A stretch of 64,000 nucleotides of DNA, from the NCBI GenBank assembly GCA_951406725.2, contig OX597839.1, positions 31,744,001 to 31,808,000 on the forward strand, read 5' to 3'. Each line of letters begins with the position of its first letter. Within the stretch, counting starts at the first letter, position 1. Positions 27,099 to 41,085 of this stretch are shown piece after piece. The stretch comes from Octopus vulgaris. Lineage: Eukaryota. Both the position numbers and the translations under genes were made by a program. The notes under the pieces were generated by a model. It was given only the letters and a program-made list of their open reading frames with translations. It did not search any database and had not been told where the DNA came from.

Positions 27099-27320
27099 CC
27101 TCAAATTATTATTATTATTACTATTATTATTATTATATATATATATATATTATATATAATATATATATATATATACATACACACATGTGTATTAACACAG
27201 TGTATGTATATATACACACATTATATAATATAATATAATATATATATATATATATATACACACACTCACACATACATATATATGTGAGTGTGTGAGTAAT
27301 TGCATAGAGTATGTGCATGA

Positions 27321-27363
<43 letters not shown>

Positions 27364-27880
27364 AATATAAAACATATGCATTGCATCCTTCTGAATCTAA
27401 CAAAACTGAAGCTATTTCTGCTGGCCATAACAGTACTTTAATATATCATTTCTGCATATATTTAGATGCTGCTCTTTCTTACTAATCATTGAATGCATCC
27501 AGAAAAGGCTTGTCCCACTTTCACTAATGAACTGTAATAACAGAGAAGCCACAAAGCCATCCCAGTCACCACGAAATCTCTAAATATATCTTTAAACTTA
27601 TTTCGGTAGAATGTTTCCTGTAACCTGAGATTACAGTGGAAAGAATCACCCATCATCATTTTCGTGTTGGCAGCAGTGGTGGGATTCAACTGCAGCAGGT
27701 CATCTTGCTTTCCATTTTGATCCAGTGTTAACCCCATTTGGAGAACCTAATGTTCTCAAGATCTAACTTAACCTAACCCCTTTGCATGTTTTCTCCTCTC
27801 ATCTATTTCTGTAACAGGTGCTGGCCATCTTCAGTCTGCCCCACCATTTTCTCTATTCCCAACAGATGTCATCCATGTCA

Positions 27881-28237
27881 CTGCCGCCGTGGTGATCTCA
27901 TTCTCGCTCACAACATCATAAGCGGAAAGTGTAACCTCTCGAAAGAGCTGTTCTTCACTCCTGCTCCAGAGCGTCAACTGCGGGGTCATTCCGAAAAGCT
28001 CTACCTGCGACGATTTCATCTCAATCGAAGGAGAGGAGCTTTCTCCGTCCGGGTTGCGGATCCGTGGAACAAGCTGCCAGACGAGATGGTGAAGATACCG
28101 ACGACCGCTTTGTTCAAAGTCTCCCTTGACCTCAAGTGGCCTGAACTCTTTACATGAACACCACCCTGTACATAACTCCATGTCCCCTTACATGGCCTTG
28201 CTTTTAGCTTTTTGAGCCAAAAATTAACTAACTAACA
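27881..28237 (+). mobile_element. CR1-clade LINE 3' fragment (ORF2 C-terminus to stop at 28157, 3' UTR, (TAAC)n tail)
   Basis: RRGDLILAHNII..LRGHSEKL..RRGAFSVRVADPWNKLP..FKVSLD. Confidence 0.9.
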
Positions 28238-28547
28238 TTTGCACTACACTTCTATATCTGTACAATTCTCTCCCTTCTACCCACATTGGTAAATGCTTTC
28301 TTTTACTGCCCAATCCCCATTCCACTCTCATCCTTTCTCTCTTGCCTCCACAGATCTCTCTCCACCTCATGACCATGGCCCACTATCATGTAGCACCTTG
28401 TAATACAAACCCTTTTCCTCTTGAATAGAGGGAGAGAAAGAGAGAGGTTCTCTGAATTTTTAATCCTTTCTCCTTTATTGCCCTGGCTGCCAAACTTTTG
28501 CTAGAATTTTCGGCAGTACTAAATGTATGTTGCCTGTGTAATAGAAA

Positions 28548-28750
28548 TCATCATCATCGTCAATCAACATCCCCTTTGCCATGCAGGCATGGGTTGGGCA
28601 GTTTGAGAGGATCTGTTGAGTCACAGGGCTCCTTCGTGTCCCATGTCAGATTTGACATGGTTTGTATAGTTGGATGCCCTTCATTTCACAATGAGTACTG
28701 GGTGCCCTTTTTTCATGCTGCCAGCATTAGTGGGGTTGCCAAGTAACTTG
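28548..28750 (-). mobile_element. Old SINE family A copy
   Basis: catcatcatcg..ccatgcaggcatgggttgg..tggatgccctt. Confidence 0.65.
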
Positions 28751-29669
28751 AAAGACAAGAAAAGAACAAGAAAAAGGGAAAAGGGAGGAAAGGGAAAAGG
28801 GAGGAAAGGGAAAAGTCCTCTTGACCAAGTGGCAGGAAGGGAGTATTTGAGAGAGTGGAGTTGTGGCTTTCTTCCAGGGACAGGCAGAGGTGACTTGCAA
28901 TAGAGAAGATGCATGGCTACCCAGCATTCTGAAACAGTTCTAGTGAACAATGTGGGTTTTTATTCCATAGGTAGCACTGTTATTATTTATTCCTACAGAT
29001 TAGAAACAGTTAAACTTCTAGACAGTTGTTACTCTGCCAGAGATGTGTTTTGTGAACCAATATTTTGCACAGTTCAAAACACTAAGTTCTCATAGTCTTT
29101 TTGTTGTTGTTGATGTTGTTTTTTTTTTTCAACATAATGGTCAAAGCCACCTTCCATATGTTTCTACAAGTTTGTGTTTTGTTACTAACTTTGGCTGTTT
29201 TTCATGTTGACCATAATACTTTTTATTAGTCAATTCTTCCAAGTTTGGACATTTTTCTGTAGTTCTTTTGATCGATTATTCAATGAGAACCAAATCATAG
29301 CAATATACAATGTGATATCAACCGCCACCACCACCACACATACACACACCCAAACTAATATTGTAACTCAAAAACTTTTGTCATGCTCCCAAGCCAGTCC
29401 AACACCAGACTATGTATTATCAATCAACATTTGCACTTACAATAATAGAAACTCCTGCTATTCTAGAAATTTCTCTTGCTGCTGATCTATGACACTTTAT
29501 ACACCGATTCTGTATATCATCTACGAAACCTAAGAGTATCAGGTTAACACTTATAAAGCTTTGTATTCTAAAGAAGAAAAAAAAGGCATTAATGTTTTTT
29601 TTTTTTCTATTTTGTTGTTCTGATGTCCAGAATCTACAAAAGAATATTAATACATACTGAAACCAAATG

Positions 29670-29704
<35 letters not shown>

Positions 29705-29709
<5 letters not shown>

Positions 29710-29999
29710 ATGATCGACCAGACCATCAGATGTTGCTACACATCGCTGGTCACAATGCGTTCGCATTGTTTTAGCCTTCGAATGACGCCACCCTGCTGGC
29801 TAAGCGAGCAGGCCAACAGAAGAAAGAGTGAGAGAAAGAGTGGTGAAAGAGTACAGCAGGGATCACCACCCCCTGCCGGAGCCTCGTGGAGCTTTAAGGT
29901 GTTTTTGCTCAATAAACACACACAACGCCCGGTCTGGGAATCGAAACAGCGATCCTACGACCACGAGTTCGCTGCCTTAACCACTAGGCCATTGCGCCT

Positions 30000-30002
<3 letters not shown>
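29705..30002 (-). mobile_element. SINE family D head + tail B inside (TA)n
   Basis: Homologous to 21278-21587; (TA)n on both sides. Confidence 0.9.
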
Positions 30003-30038
<36 letters not shown>

Positions 30039-30046
30039 CATTTGGT

Positions 30047-30081
<35 letters not shown>

Positions 30082-30114
30082 CATATACCCATATATATGT
30101 ATGTATATGTAATA

Positions 30115-30244
30115 TTATTTTGGTTGAGTCAGTCTCTTCCTACTCAGAGTTTTACCAATGGGTATACAGGCTCTTCAGACAGGTTTTAACTGTGTGTCCA
30201 AAGGCAAAATGCAGATTAGCAAGAGACTGACTCAACCAAAATAA
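30115..30244. repeat. Fold-back hairpin / MITE-like element with 24-bp perfect terminal inverted repeats
   Basis: ttattttggttgagtcagtctctt (30115-30138) vs aagagactgactcaaccaaaataa (30221-30244), plus an imperfect inner stem. Confidence 0.8.
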
Positions 30245-30364
30245 AATATTATTAATCTCTAGTATGGTACCAAGTACTCTCTCTTCTGACAATCAACACT
30301 TAGTATGTGTGGGGGTGTTATGCACACACACACAAATACACACATACAAACACACACACACACA

Positions 30365-30595
30365 CACCAGTATTGGTGCTGCATAAAAAGAACTGGTGTT
30401 GGTTCCACATAAAAAGCACCTGATACACTCTGTGAAGGGGTTGGCATCAGGAAGAGCACCCAGCTGTAGGAACCAAGTCAAAACAGACTATGGAACCTGG
30501 TGTGGTCGCTGGCCCTGCCAGCTCCTGCCAAGACCCCCAGCACATGTCGACATGGAAAACGGACATTAAATGATGATGATGATGATGATGATGAT
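30365..30595 (+). mobile_element. Old SINE family A copy
   Basis: ggttggcatcaggaagagcacccagctgtag..catggaaaacggacattaaatgatgat. Confidence 0.8.
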
Positions 30596-30668
30596 ACATA
30601 CATGTACAGACATATGACAGTAGAAAAGTTGATCTCTTCCTTCTATGTATTTCTCATTATACGAATTT

Positions 30669-30720
<52 letters not shown>

Positions 30721-32295
30721 TGAAACAAAACATTTGAACAGCAAGACTACAAATAAAGAGTAGTAGATTACAGTGCAAAAACAACCTGTAAGAAAAGAAA
30801 AATAATCTGTTTGTCCCTTTTTTAAAAATTAAAGAAAAAAAATACAAATTGGTTATGGAACAAATAAAAAGCAAGAATATTTTAATCTATCCCCAAATCC
30901 ATTGAAAAAAAAAAACTTTCGAATTGTTCCGTACTCAAAATAGTAGACCATAAACCATGTCTTTCGGTGGTGGTGGTGGGGTGGGGGTTTAGAAAATTGT
31001 AAAAGAAAGAACAAGAAATGACTTTATTTGCAAAAGAAACTGTGCAGTGATTCGTAAACCAAAATAACAGACTGCTCCATGAAAATAAATCCTATCACAT
31101 CTGGAAAAAAACAAAATATGAATAAAAAAAGCTTTCAAACTCTTAATTATTTTTGGCAAAATTTTTTTTTCTTCTTGCAAACTGTCAATTTGGAATTTGA
31201 AATGGTGCCTATTCATGTCAATGAAGAAATTCTAACTGAAAGAATTTAAATGAAAGCATGTAAATAAAAGAACATGAAAAATGTGGTAATTTGAATCATT
31301 TGCATTTATTTCAACAACATCAACATGTGTTTGATCCTTGGCAGTAAAAAAATAAATGAATAACTGAAAAGTAAAAAAGAAAAGAAAAATATTAAAGAAA
31401 AAAACTACCTTTGTCTTCTTGCTAAGAAAAGAAGTAAAAGAAAAAATACTTAAAGAATCTAAAATTAAATGGTTAAATTTTCGTTCTGCCATAAAAGAAA
31501 ATATCTCCCGTCCCCCACCACCAGCTTCACCAAACTTATTCTGCTGTTGCCTCCTTATTAACAACTTTCAAACCTTTCATTCGGCTCCCCTCCCAGCCCC
31601 ACCTTTTAATTAAAGGTTTTAAAGAGTAAACCCACACTCTAACATTTGCTTAATTCCTATCTCTGTTCTTGTAATGAATGTTCCGAATAACTGTATCTAG
31701 CCTGAAGGGAACGGAATCTTTGCTGGAGGAAATACAAGTTTTCCTCAATCAATGGATATTGTTTTTAATTTATACAAAATCCAAGAAAGGATTTTCACAT
31801 CAATGCTAAGCTTTAAACTCTTTTAATTGCAACACAAAATATTAAAAACGATAAGGCAAAAAAAAAACAAAAAAAAAACAAGAAAAGAGTAAATCTATCC
31901 AAATTTATAGATTTCAATGGGAAATAATTTTAAAAGGTTCTATTTTTTAAAAATTTATTTTAAATCTTTAAAATATAGACAGGCTGAACCGGATTTAAAG
32001 AATGTTAAAAGCATTTCCAAACATTTTTGAAAATATAAAACTGATAACTTCCTTAAAGAAATAAAGAAAATGATAAAGTAAATAACAATATAAGAACATT
32101 CTTCACGTTTATATACTTATTGAACAACTTCCAAATTTGCTTCAACTAAATTATCAATAAAAAAAAACACACAAAACAAACAATATTCAACAATTTCTAT
32201 AGTTATTTAAATATATTTCTTAAAAACCATCTTCTGTTGATCACAGCAAAATGAATGCAAGTTGGTTATTATTATTGTTATTATTATTATTATTC

Positions 32296-33110
32296 TATGT
32301 TTGACTTTTGCTTTATATTTGTACAAGTTGGCTCCAAGTCTCACCCAGAAACCTCAAGAGACAACAGGGTTGGAAGTTCATGTTGTTGTTATGCCTAGTG
32401 TGCCATATATTTGGGGTGGGGATGTTGTACTAATGAATGTCTAAAAAAAAAAAAAAAAAAAGGTGTTTGTTTTTTTTTTTTTTTTTTTTTAAACCGAAAA
32501 TTATGTTTGTTTTAAACCTTGAGATTACATAGAGAGTATTTTGCGTAGGATATGAGCAGTTCCCATGAGCACTATCTTTTGAACTTCTGCCATTTTTGGG
32601 TTTCCTGGTATCTGAGTTAGGTAGCTATCAGCCCCTTTTGCTATCATTCCCAGGGCACCTATGACAACAGGTATTGTTTTAGTCTTCAGCTTCCACATTT
32701 TGCTGATTTCTATTTCAAGATCTTTATATTTGCTCAGTTTTTGGTAGGTCTTGACAGATACGTTTATATCGATTGGGATAGTCATATCAATGAGGAGGCA
32801 TGTTCTTTGTTTGAAGTTTTTCAATATGATGTCTGGCCTATTTGCATCTATCTTCCTGTCAGTTTGAATGGTGAAGTTCCAGAGGAGTGAGATGTGGTCA
32901 TTTTCAAGCACTGGGGGTGGTTTGTGTTCCCACCAGTTTTTTTCATGGGGCAAATCCAGGTTTTTACAGATTACCCAGTGAATATATTGTGCAGCTCTAT
33001 CGTGCCTGTTGAGATACTCTGTAGGCGCTAGAAGACTGCACATGGAGACCACATGGTCAATGGTTTCATTTTGTTGCTTGCATACACGACACGTTGGACT
33101 GCTTCTGATC
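32296..33110 (-). mobile_element. R4/Dong-clade non-LTR retrotransposon 3' part (CCHC zinc knuckle + restriction-like endonuclease; ORF remnant ends at 32525) inside (TAA)n
   Basis: CRVC..ETIDHVVSMC, RHD, NRPDII..LLID..K..KY, IPVVIGALG; uninterrupted frame; (TTA)n at both flanks. Confidence 0.92.
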
Positions 33111-33147
33111 TTTATTATTATTATTATTATCATTATTATTATTGTTA

Positions 33148-33197
<50 letters not shown>

Positions 33198-35579
33198 TAC
33201 ATTTCATTGCAGCAGTACATTCCATTAGAATTGAACCTGTAACCTATTTCTAAATTCCAGTTAAATACGTCACTTATTGGCTTTTGGAAACAGATGGAAA
33301 TATTTTAACTTACCATTTTAGTTATGAAATACATTCATTAATTTGTTAGTTAATTTTGTGTAGATCAATATTAATACAGCAACTGTAAAATGATTGGCAA
33401 ATGAGCAAAAAGAAAGCATAGTATTGTCCAGTGTTGCCAGGACTATTCAACCACTCTAGTGTTGGTGCCACAAAAGACAATATACCTAAAACACTGCGTA
33501 AAGTGGTTGGTAATAGAAAAGTCATCCACTCATGGAAACTGTGCCAAATCACACACACAAATACTAGTCCTACGAGAGAAAGCACCTCTCAATAAGAAAT
33601 GACTTGGACCATAATGACCAGGCGAAAATGGGCAGTGGATGGAAGCATGAATTGTTTTTTTTTCTTTTTTGGGGTGGGGGTAGTGTAGTTGATTACATCA
33701 ACCCCAGTACCCAACTGATACTTATTTTATCGGTAGAACTGAACTCAGAACATAAAGAAAGACAAACTGCTACTAAGGATTATGCCAGCTCACAACATTA
33801 ATGATGATGATGATGATGATGGCTATTATCAATAAACAGAAGAGAAAAACTCTGCCTGTTGGTAATTTACTCAAGTTTACAATGGAAGTTAAGTATTTAA
33901 GGTAACGGGCCAAAGAACAATTGCTTGAATTTTACATTAGACATTACGTCCTGTTTTCTCGATTTTCCTTATTTTTAATCAAAACTCTTGTTCGCTAGTG
34001 CAGTGGCCGAGGTCACCTCGTTTGCCTTTACTGCAATCACAAACTAAACCATCAAATTTACTAAAACGGCCCAAACAGAAATTAACTGAAACAAGTCTAG
34101 GTGACATATCAGACATTAGACATTGAATCTCAACCAGAAACTGATACCTTTGTAACAAACTGCTACACTAACCTTCCCCTTTTTGATAGTCCCACATAAT
34201 TTCAGACCAAATTGAAGTTGGACATAGTTGACTTAATGAGTGCTGAAGGTACTCACATCTGTGTGTAATTTGGCTGACTGTGTGCCATGATGTTGCTTCA
34301 GAAGAGTTGTCCGATGTCCTTTACTGTGTACTAATAATGCTAAGGTCAGTGCTAAAAAAAAACGCTCAATGTGGTGAGCAAAGTAATTTGAATCAACTAA
34401 AATTAGAAATATGGACAACACAGAGGAGAGAGAAGGAATCTAATCTTCACCGTGCAATTACATCAACGAACAGGTTTTATTAGACCTCTCCAGCAAAGTA
34501 CAGTCTTTACTAGAATAATGTGTGTGTGTGTGTGTGTGTGTGTGCGCACACGTGTGTGTGCATGCGTGTCTGTTATATTATGAATAAGCACTGAATGGTT
34601 TGGTATCTTGAAATAAGGAACATTTCAAACAAATAAGCTTCTGCACTCAAACTGCTAAAAATAGCAACCAAATCTCTCTCAAATCACACTACAGTGTACA
34701 AAATCACTCACAAATTACTCAGACTTTATATTCTACTTGCTGAAAATAGCAACCAAATTTCCTTCAAACAAAACCCTACCATCTTACAGAAAAGAGAGGG
34801 GAGCTATATTGGATGATGTAAGTCCAACATATATTCTGAAAGTAGAGAAATGGCCCTGATTAAATCTTTATTTATATGTCTCTGCTCAGTCAGACCTGGC
34901 CTAGGGTTAAATAACAGCAGCCACAATAACTATAACTACTAAAAAAAATCTTCAGTAAATTGATGGGAATATTGCCGTATGTGATGTAAAGTTATGTGAG
35001 ATTGAGAAATCAGATATAGAAATATTTTAAAAAGTAACAATTTAAAAAACAAACAAACAGTAAACTTAATATGGTGTTCTTCAGATAAATGAACTTAAAG
35101 AAAGTCTTATTTTGAACATTAACTAACAACTATAAACAATGGTTAAAAATAATTTAGCTTTTTTTTTATAAAAGAAATTGTTAAAAATCAATACAGATTT
35201 TATTATAAAAGAAGAATTATTTCTTTTCAAATTGGTAGTTTTTAAATTTTTTTCCACATTTATAAGCAGATCAAGATAAGTGAATCCATATTTTCCTCAT
35301 AAATTGTTTCCTTTTGTGTCTGATCATGTGATTGGGACCAAACTAATAAATGCAAGTATCTATTCTTAAAGAAATCTCTTAACATTAATAGTTATTCTCT
35401 CAAGTTATAAATCTTTGAAACAGCTTTGTTTTATGAGATTTTTCTCAATTAATTTTGATATTTACACGTACCTCTCTCTATATTTATATACCAGAATGTG
35501 TTGGGTGACTGTAAACTATGACTTACATTTATCTGTTCTAATGTAAAACACCAAAAAAGAAAATGAAAAACAGGAACTG

Positions 35580-35890
35580 TTGGTTCCGATAAGCGTTCTA
35601 CTTGATCGGATCAATGGAACAGCCTGCTTTTAAAATTAACACAGAAGTAACCGAGCACTCCACAGACATGTGCACTTTCAATGTAGTTCTCAAGGAGATT
35701 CAGCATGTCACAGAATGTGACATGGCTGGCCCTGTGAAAGACAGGTACATCTCATTTTTGCTGTCTCAGTAGACAAAGGCAATGTGAAGTAAAGTGTCTT
35801 GCTCAAGGACACACTATGCCACTGGAAGTTGAACTCATGACCTTACAGTTATGAGTAGAATACCCCAAACACTAAGCCATGTGCCTTCAC
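35580..35890 (-). mobile_element. SINE family E
   Basis: Homologous to 6828-7131. Confidence 0.8.
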
Positions 35891-36374
35891 TAAGTAAATC
35901 ACCAAATTATAAACAGATATTCATACTGCTTTTTTCAGAAAAGTGGGACAGGAAAAATTATTTCAGCTTACTGTAAATGTGGGATTATTTAGAAGAGGGA
36001 AAAAGCTGTTGTGACATCTTTTCTTTTCTAGGACCCTTAAAAATTGAGTAGTTTCCAACCAAAGTGTTATTTGAAACCTGGACTGATAGACAAATTCTTC
36101 TTCCTCCTTTTGAAACACAGAGGATCTTTAAATGAGTTTACTAAATATTTTTAATTTATTTTAATCCAATAAAAATTTCATTACTCAATCAAGAGAGAAG
36201 GGCTTCCTGAAAGTACCTTTGACCTTTTATTGGGCCTCCAAGACTAGTTGAAGGGAGAGAGGGAGGGAGCGAAGTTTCCTCAAACTAGACATCTGGCTTA
36301 CAGCAAAGCAGACTTCATTGGAGTTACACAAGGACCAGGTGGTGCTGTTCAAGTAAGCAGCAAATTAAGTCTAT

Positions 36375-36600
36375 CCATCCAAATACACCACAGCAGGATT
36401 TGAACTCAGAACACAAAGAACCAGAATCAACAGCACAGGGTATCCAATCTGATATTCCGATGACTCCAGGACTGGTACTTTATTTATTGAAACTGGGAGA
36501 ATAAAAGGGAGGAGCTGCGTGCAGCAGGGTTTGAACTCAAAATACAAGAAGCTGGAATAAATACAGTTTGACTCTGCCAGTTCACCATATACAACCCAAT
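36375..36600 (-). mobile_element. Degenerate SINE family C pieces
   Basis: gcaggatttgaactcagaac, actggtactttatttattga, ctctgccagttcacc. Confidence 0.55.
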
Positions 36601-37449
36601 TTACTGTCATCGTCATCATCATTATCATTATCATCATCATCATAATTATTATTATTATTATTATCATATATGTTATCTGTCTCCTCACAGTGAGAAATTA
36701 ACTGTAATTCCAACTGAATTTATCTTCTAGAGAATACAAAAAGCATATTTAGGAAAAAAAAAAGATAAATCAGTGACAAAGGAATGTTATCTGCTTTTTT
36801 TTTATATTCTTATCACACGTTTTTTTTTTATTATATTTGCTTATTTATTTTTTCCAAACAATAAAATTGGAAATCTCTTTGCGATAAAGCTGTTGAAAAT
36901 TGTAATTAAAGAAGTGGCCCTTCTTTCAAATGACAATACAAATTTTTTTAAAAAGTCAACAATGTACACAAGTGATGTTGTTTATCCATTTTTTTTATTA
37001 TTTTTTGTTCATCAAAAACTATTTAATTAGATAAAATTGAACTCAGGATTCAGAAAGAAGCAGAAATATTCAGAAATCTACAGAATTTTTTTTTTGCTTG
37101 TTTGTTTTTGTTGGAAACAAAGTCAAGTTTATCTGGAGTCAATTGACAAGTGAGGAGACTATTGATGTATCTCTTCAATATTGGATTTATTCAATTATGA
37201 GGTTTGATGATAAAAACCAAAACAAGGCCAGGGGTGGGCACATACTCAAAATATAGCTACCATAAATGTCAGCATATAAGATGACCTTTTAACCTTAAAT
37301 ATCACACAACTATCATCCCCCTAGTATACACCTAGTATCAAATGTAAATCTGGCGAGTTAACATAGATGATAGTTGACAGTAGGCCACTGCCTGCCATAG
37401 TAATTACCAATACATAGGCCGTGTTGTCTTATATACCAACAATTCCAGG

Positions 37450-37635
37450 ACATAATGTAATGCTTATCTATTCACATTGTTTTGAATTAATCATCATTAG
37501 CCTGTGTAGCCTCAAGATTTCGATGATGTGATTGCTTATTCATAGAATGCCATTGTAGCCAGATTGGTTAGTTCAAACATAAAGCCAGTAGAATACTGGG
37601 GTCAGATATAGTCAATTTAAATGTTAAAGCATTAA
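37450..37635 (-). mobile_element. Degenerate partial piggyBac-type MITE
   Basis: Homologous to 39949-40171. Confidence 0.6.
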
Positions 37636-38041
37636 AGCATCCAAAGACTTGCCTCAGAATATTTACCTATTCCATTCCTTCTGTAGTTTATTATTTCCAA
37701 TAGTATTATTAAGTTGATTCATGATATCTTTCCACATCAGACAAAATATTTTGTGGTATTACAGGGCTTTCGGTTCTAAATTCTAATCCTGGCTAAGTCA
37801 GTTGATTTAGATGTCTAAATCCCTCTCCAAAAATGTGTAGACTTATGCTACTATTAGAAATCAATAAATGCTGGTAATATAATCAATAATCTATATACTG
37901 GTATAAGTGAAATATATGAAATTATAACCAAGAACTCATAATCAAATCACTAGGAGTTTAACTGTTACTCTCAAGAACTCTGTGTAGCCATTAATTTGCA
38001 ATTAAAGGAAATATTAATCTTTTTAATTTCAACAGGTTTAA

Positions 38042-38262
38042 CCCTTTAGCATTTAAACTGGCCATATCCGGCCAAAAGTATTCTGCCTGTTTTATGTTCA
38101 AACTGGCCAGATCTGGTCTCTCATACCAGCCCTACAATATCGTTTTAAAAATTAACAGCTACCTCATCAAAATCTCATAGCTCCAAGATAATGCCTGATT
38201 AGTTCAAGGTAATGTTGATAAAAAAGGATTAATTTTGGCAGAATAATGCGAACACTAAAGGG
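38042..38262 (+). mobile_element. piggyBac-type MITE with TTAA TSD
   Basis: TTAA|CCCTTTAG ... CTAAAGGG|TTAA. Confidence 0.9.
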
Positions 38263-39948
38263 TTAAAGGGACTGCAATGCCTCTGGGTATAGCCTCTTCC
38301 TCTAGACACAATCAAGTACATGAAAAATACTAGCATTGGTTATTTGAACAGAGACCATGGAATAACCTATCAATTGATCCTATATTACAAATTTGGATTA
38401 GCAAGTGTTAAACCGTTTCTGTCTGGCACCTTACTGTTGGCCATTATTAACAATCTTAAATTATCCTCTTGTAATTCTTAACAGTTTTCATAAAATTACA
38501 TTATTCAATTTTCACTTAATTTCTTTCCCCGTTAGAAATAATTCCACATGCAAAAGATAAAAACCAAATGAAAAATGCAGAAAATTAACAACACTTGACT
38601 TTGAAAAGTAACAGAAAATTCTAATGAAATACAATAAAACTATTTCAACATTACTTGGTAATTGCTTGTACAGTATATTAGTACATTACTGTGGAAATAA
38701 AACGAATAAATAAATACATTTTACTATGTGGTGTGAAATTTCACCATGTAATATATCTATGTCTAGTAGAAAATAGCCAAAAGCAGCAAATAGCTTTTAG
38801 CAATATTTACATAAAGGAGATAGGAATTTTTTTAAAGCAGCTTATGAGAATCTTTTTTGTTTTTTCTATTTACACTGATGATGATGGTGATGGTGATGGC
38901 AATGGTATACCTCCTACCATCTATACAAGCCATATCTATTACACGTCTGTCATGTATATATATGTAGAATATTCCATGTTTTGTTACAAAATGAATGCAT
39001 AATTTTTTTTTTTTGTTTTCTTTCTGGCTTTCATTAAAACACACGACCTATCAGATACAGTACAAACACTCCCCCAACAAAAAAGAGGGGGAGGGGAAGA
39101 GGAGTAGGAATAATCAAATATCTTCATTATGTTTGTCAAAGAATATCTTTATTCTGATATATTCTATCGGAAATTAAGCAAGTTTTATATTGAAGTAACA
39201 AGAAAAGCAAATTCAATTTGCACAAAAAAAAAAAAAAGAACCTGAGAGGAGAAGACTCCAACCTACTTCAATATGTTCATCTAATGAGCAGCTGAACTGC
39301 TCTCAGGTATGAAAAGATATTACATCTGTGTGACTCACCTCAAGTCACTAGTTAACTCAATAAAAATCACTTTCTCCAACATCACCATCATCACAAACGC
39401 ACATGCATACCTGTCGTTATACATTCATGCATATACAGACATACACATACTATATAACGCATATAAGCATGCATATGTACATCTATACACACATAAATAC
39501 ACACACAAATATATATGTGTATGTGTGTGTGTATGTATGTGTCTTCTTGTCACGACATCACATGACTGTTGTAAATGAGTGTATATCTATACATGCATAA
39601 CTACACACACAAATATATACACACACATAAACATATTCACACGTAATATTAGAACAACATGTTATTACACTTATCATTCAAATTATTATTGAATCTAAAT
39701 TTCTTCCCTTTCAAATTCACATCCATTTTTCTTTTCTTTTTCCATATTTTTGTTTATCTTCAACCAATTGTTATACAATCACTCATCCGTGACATCGAAG
39801 GAAACCTGCTTTTTGTTGCTCAGGCAAATTAGTGCAAGTTGGAGCATAGCATAATGGCAGTAGTCAGATTTGAATACCTGAACTTGTAGTCATTAGTCCA
39901 ACATGTCGACTGCACAGGTATTGTCTCTATATAAAAGGATTTCTTTAA

Positions 39949-40171
39949 CCCTTTTTGGCATTCAGATTATTCCGTCAAATGTAATCCTTATTTATCCACA
40001 TTGCTTTGAGTTAATCTGGAATTATCTTGTAGCTCTCGGAATTCAATGATCTGACTGTTTGCTTTTTGGAATGACATTGTGGGATTGGCACAAGAGGCTG
40101 GAACTAGCCAGTTTGAACATAAAACAGGTAGAATATTTGGGTCTAATACGACCTGTTTAATTGCTAAGGGG
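39949..40171 (-). mobile_element. piggyBac-type MITE, inverted relative to 38042-38262
   Basis: TTAA|CCCTT ... AAGGGG|TTAA; internal homology (gtttgaacataaaacaggtagaata). Confidence 0.85.
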
Positions 40172-40312
40172 TTAAACAAATGTTTTTCCCTACAGCTAAT
40201 GGAGAAATAGAGATTAATGACATAAGAGCCTAGCCATCAGTCACCCATGAAGCAGATTTGGTAGTGAGTGTTATGTTAGGTCCCTGTGTAATCATGGGCA
40301 GACACTGATACC

Positions 40313-40545
40313 TATTTCTTTACTACCCACAAGGGGCTAAACACAGAGGGGACGAACAAGGACAGACGAACGGATTAAGTCGATTACATCAACCCCAGTG
40401 CGTAACTGGTACTTAATTTATCGACCCCGAAAAGATGAAAGGTAAAGTCAACCTCGGCGGAATTTGAACCCATAACATAACGGCAGACGAAATATTGCTC
40501 AGCATTTCGCCCAGCGTACTAACGTTTCTGCCAGCTCGCCGCCTT
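40313..40545 (-). mobile_element. SINE family C, well preserved
   Basis: ggcggcgagctggcaga..gggttcaaattccgccgaggttgactttacctttcatcttttcggggtcgataaattaagtaccag. Confidence 0.88.
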
Positions 40546-40704
40546 ACACAGTCTCAGCCCTGCCATCCTTGACCCAATAGAATATTGAGAATGTAGCAAG
40601 TGGAGGGAGAGGGAAGGGAGCGTATCAGCAGTCAGGTGGCTTTCACTGACAGCTGAGGGGGCTGGAGGGGGAAGAGAAATTGAAGAGTCCCTGACACAAG
40701 GTGC

Positions 40705-41085
40705 AGGCATGGTTGTGTGGCAAGAAGCTTGCTTCCCAACATGGTTTTGGGTTCAGTCCTACTGCATGGCACCCTGAACAGGGGTCTTCTACTATAGCCT
40801 CAGTTTGACCAAAGCCTTGTGAGTGAATTTGGTAGACAGAAACAGAAAGAAGTCTATCATGTGTGTGTGTGTATGTGTGTGTGTGTGCGTGTGTGTGTGC
40901 ACGCACGTGTGTGTGTGTGTGTGCTCCCCACCACCACCACCACCACTGCTTGGCAACCAGTGTTAGTGCATTTACATCCCTGTAACTAAGTAGTTCAGCA
41001 AAAGAGATCAATAGAATAAGTACAAGGCTTAAAATGAACAAGTTCTGGGGTCAATCTATTCAACAAAAAATTCTGCAAGGCAGAA
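40705..41085 (+). mobile_element. SINE family B
   Basis: Family head, internal (TG)n, partial tail. Confidence 0.85.

Noticed and set aside
27486-27737. 83-aa minus-strand ORF as a coding exon
   Set aside because: No usable acceptor or donor and no recognisable homology
33314-33382. 69-nt minus-strand exon with good acceptor and donor
   Set aside because: Stop codons in all three frames
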